DNA of 32,000 nt, from NCBI GenBank assembly GCA_016933055.1, contig JAFGBS010000008.1, positions 150,001 through 182,000 of the forward strand, in the 5' to 3' direction. The notes under the pieces were generated by a model that saw nothing but the letters and a program-made list of their open reading frames with translations, was not told the origin of the DNA and did no database searches. This document shows, in pieces, positions 26,855 to 32,000 of the stretch. Positions within the stretch are counted from its first letter, which is position 1. Every line of letters begins with the position of its first letter. The stretch comes from Promethearchaeota archaeon (GTDB lineage: Archaea; Asgardarchaeota; Lokiarchaeia; Sigyniarchaeales; Promethearchaeaceae). Made by a program: the position numbers and the translations under genes.

Positions 26855-27352
26855 ATGGGAACAAAAGGTAAAGAAATAGTTAATTTAGATGTAGAAAAAC
26901 TGTTGGAATTGCTCAATAAAGCACTAGCTGATGAATGGTTGGCGTATTATCAATATTGGGTTGGTTCGGAAGTTGTAAAAGGACCTATGCGACCAAGTGT
27001 AGAAAAAGAACTAAAAGAACATGCCGAAGAGGAATTTAAGCATGCTGGTATGCTCGTAGAGAGAATCATTCAACTTGGGGGCACTCCTCTCTTGAATCCC
27101 AAAGAATGGTTTGAAAAAACGAATTGTGATTATGAGGTTCCATCTGATCCCCATACTGTGAAATTATTACAACAGAACATTAAAGGGGAGCAGTGTGCAA
27201 TTCAAGTCTATCATAACATTCTTGAATTCATCAAAAAAGGTAACGATCCGATCACATTTAATATGATTCGAAAAATAATGGAAGAGGAAGTAGAGCATGA
27301 ACAAGATTTAGAAGACCTTCTCGACGATATCAACACAAAAAGAGAATTATAA
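26855..27352 (+). CDS. DPS-like (DPSL) thioferritin / ferritin-superfamily protein
   Basis: MGTKGKEIV..DVEKLLELLNKALADEWLAYYQYW, EEFKHA, ERIIQLGGTP, Cys pair TNC / GEQCAI, EEEVEHEQDLED. Start placed at MGTKG (26855). Confidence 0.9.
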   Translation: MGTKGKEIVNLDVEKLLELLNKALADEWLAYYQYWVGSEVVKGPMRPSVEKELKEHAEEEFKHAGMLVERIIQLGGTPLLNPKEWFEKTNCDYEVPSDPHTVKLLQQNIKGEQCAIQVYHNILEFIKKGNDPITFNMIRKIMEEEVEHEQDLEDLLDDINTKREL

Positions 27353-27391
27353 TAATATTAAAGATTGTTATAATTAATGTCCTCAGTAAAT

Positions 27392-27423
27392 TTGCCCCAT
27401 TGGGTAATATTTTTAATTTTTTA
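27392..27423 (+). terminator. Hairpin plus T-tract downstream of the DPSL gene
   Basis: TTGCCC-CATT-GGGTAA followed by TATTTTTAATTTTTTT. Confidence 0.4.
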
Positions 27424-27512
27424 TATTAATATTTTATAAAAGTTTACAGAACACAATAAGCTGTGATTATTAACAGAATTATACATTTTCAATTACAGAA
27501 TTTACTTACTAC

Positions 27513-27652
27513 ATGGAAAAATGAGAAAACAATGCCAGATGCAGATCGAAATTGTTATTTGAAAATTGTGGAGAAAATACGCTGCAGATGCTATAATTTG
27601 TGAAATTTGCGGAGAAAGTAAAAAATATGTCAAAAAACTCCCGATTAATTAG
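27513..27652 (+). pseudogene. Possible decayed zinc-ribbon ORF
   Basis: M E K * ...F E N C G E [1-nt deletion in A-run] Y A A D A I I C E I C G matches CxxCG-x6-A-x2-CxxCG spacing if TTT was TGT. Confidence 0.3.
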
Positions 27653-27675
27653 AAAACAACCAAACACATAAATAG

Positions 27676-28293
27676 ATGAAAATAAAACAGCTCACTGCTG
27701 ATCTAATTATGAAACCCGTAGCCCCTTTGATGATAGAACATCGCTTAATAGAACGGATGATCGATATATTAGAAGATGAACTGCGACAAATTAAAAAATC
27801 TAAAAAAGTAAACCCTATTTTGATAGAAAATGCGGTCGATTTTATTAGAACGTACGCTGATCAAACTCACCATGGAAAAGAAGAAGATATCCTATTCCGA
27901 GAACTAAAGAAAAAGAAAATTTTACCTGAACATGAGGAAATTATGTTTGAATTGATAGAAGAACACAAAATTGGAAGAAAAATCACCGGGGAGTTAGTAA
28001 AAGCAAATGAGGAATATAGGCAAGGTAAAATAGAAACATTGGACACCATCATGGAAAAACTATCATTTCTTGTAGATTTTTACCCCAAACATATTGAAAA
28101 AGAAGATAAGCACTTCTTTATTCCAATAATGAAGTATTTTTCCAAAAATGAGCAAGATACAATGCTTGAAGAAGGTCGCGTGTTTGATAGGAAAATGATT
28201 CATAAGAAATATCGAAATTTAGTGATGGAGTACGAGAAAGATCACGATATCACCCCCAAACAACAGCAGTCTGACTGGATAGATTACATTTAA
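27676..28293 (+). CDS. Hemerythrin/HHE cation-binding domain protein
   Basis: LMIEHRLI, YADQTHHGKEEDILF, LIEEHKIGR, HIEKEDKHFF; the start may be MKPVAP (27709). Confidence 0.92.
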   Translation: MKIKQLTADLIMKPVAPLMIEHRLIERMIDILEDELRQIKKSKKVNPILIENAVDFIRTYADQTHHGKEEDILFRELKKKKILPEHEEIMFELIEEHKIGRKITGELVKANEEYRQGKIETLDTIMEKLSFLVDFYPKHIEKEDKHFFIPIMKYFSKNEQDTMLEEGRVFDRKMIHKKYRNLVMEYEKDHDITPKQQQSDWIDYI

Positions 28294-28307
28294 AGTGGAA
28301 TACTTCT

Positions 28308-28322
28308 AAAAAAAAAGAAAAA
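28308..28322 (-). terminator. Oligo-T archaeal terminator after the tRNA pair
   Basis: The minus strand reads TTTTTCTTTTTTTTT two bases after the tRNA-Met discriminator. Confidence 0.55.
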
Positions 28323-28323
28323 G

Positions 28324-28447
28324 TGCAGAAGCAGGGGAATGATCCCTGGACCTCAGGATATCTCATAAGATATCCAGCGCTATGTCTGAAATCTGACCCA
28401 GATTTCTCATTATGAGTCCTGCGCTCTACCGACTGAGCTACTTCTGC
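28324..28447 (-). tRNA. tRNA-Met(CAT), elongator type, with 51-nt canonical 37/38 intron (28360-28410); CCA not encoded
   Basis: Acceptor GCAGAAG/CTTCTGC, D arm GCTCAGTCGGTAGAGC, anticodon stem CAGGA/TCCTG. Complete BHB: CTCA/TGAG helix, 3-nt bulges, TGAGA/TCTTA outer helix. Lacks the initiator A1-U72 pair and the 3 G-C anticodon-stem pairs. The T-loop is atypical (ATCATTC). Confidence 0.88.
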
Positions 28448-28454
28448 ATGTTTA

Positions 28455-28566
28455 TGGAGCTTCCGGAGGGATTTGAACCCTCGGCCTCTGCCTGTTTGGT
28501 GTTATGGATAGATTTCAAAATCAGTCCAATACCAAGGCAGCGTAATAACCTCTATGCTACGGAAGC
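28455..28566 (-). tRNA. tRNA-Thr(GGT) with 36-nt canonical 37/38 intron (28494-28529), U73 and encoded CCA
   Basis: Acceptor GCTTCCG/CGGAAGC, anticodon stem CTGCC/GGCAG, T arm GAGGG-TTCAAAT-CCCTC, BHB central helix TTGG/CCAA. Lies 7 nt upstream of tRNA-Met (dicistronic). Confidence 0.9.
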
Positions 28567-28986
28567 GCAGATATAGGGGTATTTTTGTTGATTTTATCTA
28601 AAGGATAGGTAATTAAAAAATTTTATTTATCGCATTTGAGTTTTTTGTAAATGGGATTGAACAACTTAAGCCCGTGAACATTTGAAGAATATCTAATAAA
28701 AAATGCGAATTGTTCATTTTATTAATCGAGAATCCATTCGGGTTTAATATCTGATCTTAAACTTCCTATTGAAATTTCTGGTGGCAATGGGTTCACTTCA
28801 ACCACCATGTTAAAAATGTGCAATATCAGAAAGTCCATCATATAGTTTGATCTTGCTTCCTTATGTATTATCTGAAACTATAAACTAATCTAATTGGATT
28901 CTAAATATATAAGTGCACCGTATGGCGAATATTTTTCAATATTGGAATGTACCATATCAACTAAGATCAATCAAATGGGAATACGA

Positions 28987-31791
28987 ATGCGTATGATACA
29001 AAATCCTCATTCAAAAGATTTGGAAGAACTTTATTCTGAATTAACCACTGACAAATATGGATTGACTACAGAAGAAGCAACAAAACGGTTGGAAATCTAT
29101 GGACCCAATGAACTTGATAAAGGAAAAGGTAAAAGTATATTTTCCTTAATTCTGCATCAGTTCTTCAATCCGTTGGTAGGAATACTGCTTTTGGCGGTTA
29201 TTATTGTCATAATTGCAGAAATCTTTGACAAAGAGGAATCCCATATGGCTGATGCTTATGTAATTTTAGCTGTAATAATTATTAATGCTATTTTTGGATT
29301 TTCCCAAGAATATAAAGCTGAAAAATCTATTGAAGCTCTGAAAAAAATGGGAGCTCCATTAGCAAATGTTCTTCGTAAAGATTATGAAAAACATGATATT
29401 GAGTATGAAGTCGAGGCTACCAAGGTCGTTCCTGGGGATATTCTAATACTTTCTACAGGGGATCGTATTCCTGCAGATGGACGATTGATCGAAGAAATGA
29501 ACCTTCATTGTGATGAATCCATGTTGACGGGGGAATCACTCTCTGTGAGTAAAAACCTATCTCTTGTTGCAAAGGATGCTCAATTGGGTGATAGAAAGAA
29601 TATGGTATTTGGTGGCACTCTCATAGTAAAAGGAAGAGGTAAAGCCATCGTAACCGCAACGGGAATGCAATCAGAAATGGGAAAAATAGCGACATTAATT
29701 CAAGAAACAGAGGATGTTGACCCTCCAATCAAAAAAAAAATAAATCAACTAACAAAAATATTGGGAATTCTTGCACTTGCCGTATTTTTGATTGTGTTAA
29801 TTGTGGGATTAATAATTATCGGAACTGAATCACTATTAACAATATTTTTATTTGCTGTAGCTGGAGCGGTTTCTTCAATTCCCGAGGGATTACTTATCGT
29901 TTTAACAGTCACATTGGCTGTAGCGATAAATCATATGGCAAAAAGAAATGCAATTATTCGGAAAATGCAGGCTGTTGATACATTAGGTACTATTTCTGCA
30001 ATTGTATCGGATAAAACAGGTACCTTAACAACCAATCAAATGACTGTTCGGAAAATATGGACTCATCCTAATATTATTGATGTAAAAGGTTCTGGTTTTA
30101 ATCCAAGCGGAAAATTTCAAATTAATCAAGAGGATATTGACCCTTTATCGCATAATGTATTGAAATCAATTTTAGAAGTGGGAATATTATGTAATGATTC
30201 ATCGTTACGGAATCATCCAGATAAAGAAGGAGAACACTGGAAAATTACTGGTGACCCAACTGAAGCAGCTCTAATCGTAGCAGCAGCAAAAGCCAGTATC
30301 CAAAAAGATCACCTTGAATTGGACTTACCACGAGTAAATGAGATCGGTTTCGATTCTAGCCATAAATACATGGTTACTTTTCATCAACCAGTTAAATCAA
30401 CAAAAATATTAACTTACATTAAAGGGGCTCCTGAAAAAGTACTGCAGATGTGCTCACATATAGAAACTAATGATAGGATTACTCAGTTAACAGACGATAT
30501 CCGAGCAGATATTGCATCGATGGAAAATGAATTAGCCCAAAAGGCTTTAAGAGTTTTAGGATTTGCATATTTGGAAACAAACCATGAACACCATGATAAA
30601 ATTAAATCAAAATTTCCCGACATTACCAGCTTAGTGTTTTTGGGACTAGTAGGAATGATCGATCCCCCTCGTATCGAAGCTAAAGAATCTATACGATCGT
30701 GTAAAAATGCAGGAATTGAAGTATATATGGCAACTGGAGATCACAAATTAACTGCCATAGCTATTGCTAACGAACTCGGGATTTCTGGTGAAGGGGAAAA
30801 AGCAATAACCGGGATTGAACTTCAAGATATGTCCCAAAGTGAATTGGAAGAAAAAGTCTTACAGACACATGTATTTGCGCGTGTAACGCCAGAACATAAG
30901 CATCGCATTGTTAGCGCGTTGCAGCATCATGGAAAAATTGTTGCTGTAACTGGCGATGGAATTAATGATGCCCCTGCATTAAAAGTAGCTGAAGTTGGTG
31001 TTGCAATGGGAATTACAGGTACCGATGTAACGAAAGAAACGGCCGATATGGTATTGCTGGATGACAATTTTGCCAGTATTGTAAATGCAATTGAAGAAGG
31101 ACGAGTTGTGTTTGAAAATATCCGAAAAGTTGTAAAATATTTAGTTACTACAAATGTGGGTGAAGACATTACTATTATTCTTGCACTATTGTTATTTCCT
31201 TTCTTATTTCCCTTAATTGTTGGTGTCACTATTCCACCTGAAGAACTTATCATATTTACAGCCATTCAAATTTTATGGGTAAATCTTGTTACAGATGGTC
31301 CTTTGGACATTACTATTGCTGTAGAACAGAAAGAAAAAAATTTGATGGACGAAAAACCTCGTGATCCGAATACTAATATTATCAATAAAGAAATTATCGG
31401 GAACATCATAATTGTTGCATCAATTATGGCAGTTGGGATTATTTCGATATATCTTGGGTATCATAGTTTTGGTTATGGTGAAAAAGCACAGACCGTTGCT
31501 TTTGTGTGTCTAATTTTCTTCCAAATTTTTAACGCATTGAATTGCCGATCAAGAACCCAATCAGTTTTTCAGTTAGGCTTTTTTACTAACATATGGTTGA
31601 TCCTTGCGATTGCATCCTCAATTGTATTAACCTTTCTTGCCACAGTCATCCCTTTCTTCCAAACTATTCTCCGTACTCAGCCATTAGGGATATGGGATTG
31701 GTGCATCATCGTACTAGTATCAAGTTCGGTCTGGGTAGCTGATGAGATTCGGAAATGGGTTCAATTCAGAAGAAAACGCAGAAATCGTTAA
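28987..31791 (+). CDS. P-type ATPase, P2A Ca2+-transporting (SERCA/PMR1-like)
   Basis: TGES, SSIPEGL, DKTGTLT, GDPTE, KGAPE, DPPR, TGD, GDGINDAP, M5 TTNVGE, M6 WVNLVTDG; M8 has Gln at the SERCA E908 position, suggesting a single Ca site. Start placed at MRMIQ (28987); the ORF-track TTG at 28894 is likely too early. Confidence 0.95.
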   Translation: MRMIQNPHSKDLEELYSELTTDKYGLTTEEATKRLEIYGPNELDKGKGKSIFSLILHQFFNPLVGILLLAVIIVIIAEIFDKEESHMADAYVILAVIIINAIFGFSQEYKAEKSIEALKKMGAPLANVLRKDYEKHDIEYEVEATKVVPGDILILSTGDRIPADGRLIEEMNLHCDESMLTGESLSVSKNLSLVAKDAQLGDRKNMVFGGTLIVKGRGKAIVTATGMQSEMGKIATLIQETEDVDPPIKKKINQLTKILGILALAVFLIVLIVGLIIIGTESLLTIFLFAVAGAVSSIPEGLLIVLTVTLAVAINHMAKRNAIIRKMQAVDTLGTISAIVSDKTGTLTTNQMTVRKIWTHPNIIDVKGSGFNPSGKFQINQEDIDPLSHNVLKSILEVGILCNDSSLRNHPDKEGEHWKITGDPTEAALIVAAAKASIQKDHLELDLPRVNEIGFDSSHKYMVTFHQPVKSTKILTYIKGAPEKVLQMCSHIETNDRITQLTDDIRADIASMENELAQKALRVLGFAYLETNHEHHDKIKSKFPDITSLVFLGLVGMIDPPRIEAKESIRSCKNAGIEVYMATGDHKLTAIAIANELGISGEGEKAITGIELQDMSQSELEEKVLQTHVFARVTPEHKHRIVSALQHHGKIVAVTGDGINDAPALKVAEVGVAMGITGTDVTKETADMVLLDDNFASIVNAIEEGRVVFENIRKVVKYLVTTNVGEDITIILALLLFPFLFPLIVGVTIPPEELIIFTAIQILWVNLVTDGPLDITIAVEQKEKNLMDEKPRDPNTNIINKEIIGNIIIVASIMAVGIISIYLGYHSFGYGEKAQTVAFVCLIFFQIFNALNCRSRTQSVFQLGFFTNIWLILAIASSIVLTFLATVIPFFQTILRTQPLGIWDWCIIVLVSSSVWVADEIRKWVQFRRKRRNR

Positions 31792-32000
31792 AAAAAGTCA
31801 ACCCAACGATTTCAAGGTTTTCTTAAATGTGGGACTCAGAATCTCTGTAAAATTGTGCAATGAATACACAGAAAATACATAGTTTATTAATTTTAACACC
31901 TTTCGACAGATAGGGATGATATCATTACTCTTATTCCTCAAACATTTAATTGTTCCCGTTCCTTAAACTCACAATGCTTGGGATAGTATTTGCGGTCTCC

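Noticed and set aside
28360-28410. C/D guide RNA inside the tRNA-Met intron (as in euryarchaeal tRNA-Trp)
   Set aside because: The intron has an 8-bp hairpin (GAAATCTG/CAGATTTC) but no CTGA box D and no proper box C.
28600-28893. Short minus-strand ORF (39 aa) or gene remnant upstream of the tRNAs
   Set aside because: No recognisable family; likely divergent promoter DNA.
2122-31265. Numerous 60-140 aa ORFs antisense to, or nested in, long genes (e.g. 2122, 3649, 4296, 7040, 8922, 14884, 16051, 18474, 21676, 24383, 30927)
   Set aside because: Shadow ORFs of well-supported genes with no recognisable motifs.
31938-32000. Possible 3' end of a minus-strand gene (GDRKYYPKHCEFKEREQLNV*)
   Set aside because: Only 20 codons at the window edge; cannot be supported or identified.
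26819-32000. Integrated mobile element at the tRNA locus
   Set aside because: No integrase or transposase and no duplicated tRNA 3' end (attL/attR) found in the window.

Overview
AT-rich archaeal chromosomal window, most consistent with an Asgard archaeon (Lokiarchaeia-like; inferred from a gelsolin-domain protein, an A/V-type ATPase, BHB-intron tRNAs and GGTGA-type Shine-Dalgarno sites). From left to right: a partial PiT transporter; a NifB/NifX-family protein; a 7-TM membrane protein; the fused NAD(P)HX epimerase/dehydratase; and a Zn-finger protein. A long minus-strand block follows: two VIT1/CCC1 paralogs, DUF47, a 2TM-Zn-ribbon protein and a complete nine-gene A/V-ATPase in the unusual order K-C-H-F-E-A-B-D-I. 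Next come a 1DGelX-type gelsolin protein, an AbrB/ACT - helical protein - HKD-less PLD-fold operon (with a decayed AbrB copy upstream), a coiled-coil orphan and MobA. After these are a PAS hybrid histidine kinase - methanogenesis-marker-9 - DHH operon, an NSUN6-like PUA RNA m5C methyltransferase, a DPS-like thioferritin, a hemerythrin, a tandem pair of intron-containing tRNAs (Thr-GGT, Met-CAT) with non-canonical structural positions, and a P2A Ca2+-type ATPase. I saw no transposase, integrase or CRISPR array. All calls come from motif recognition by eye; no database search was run.
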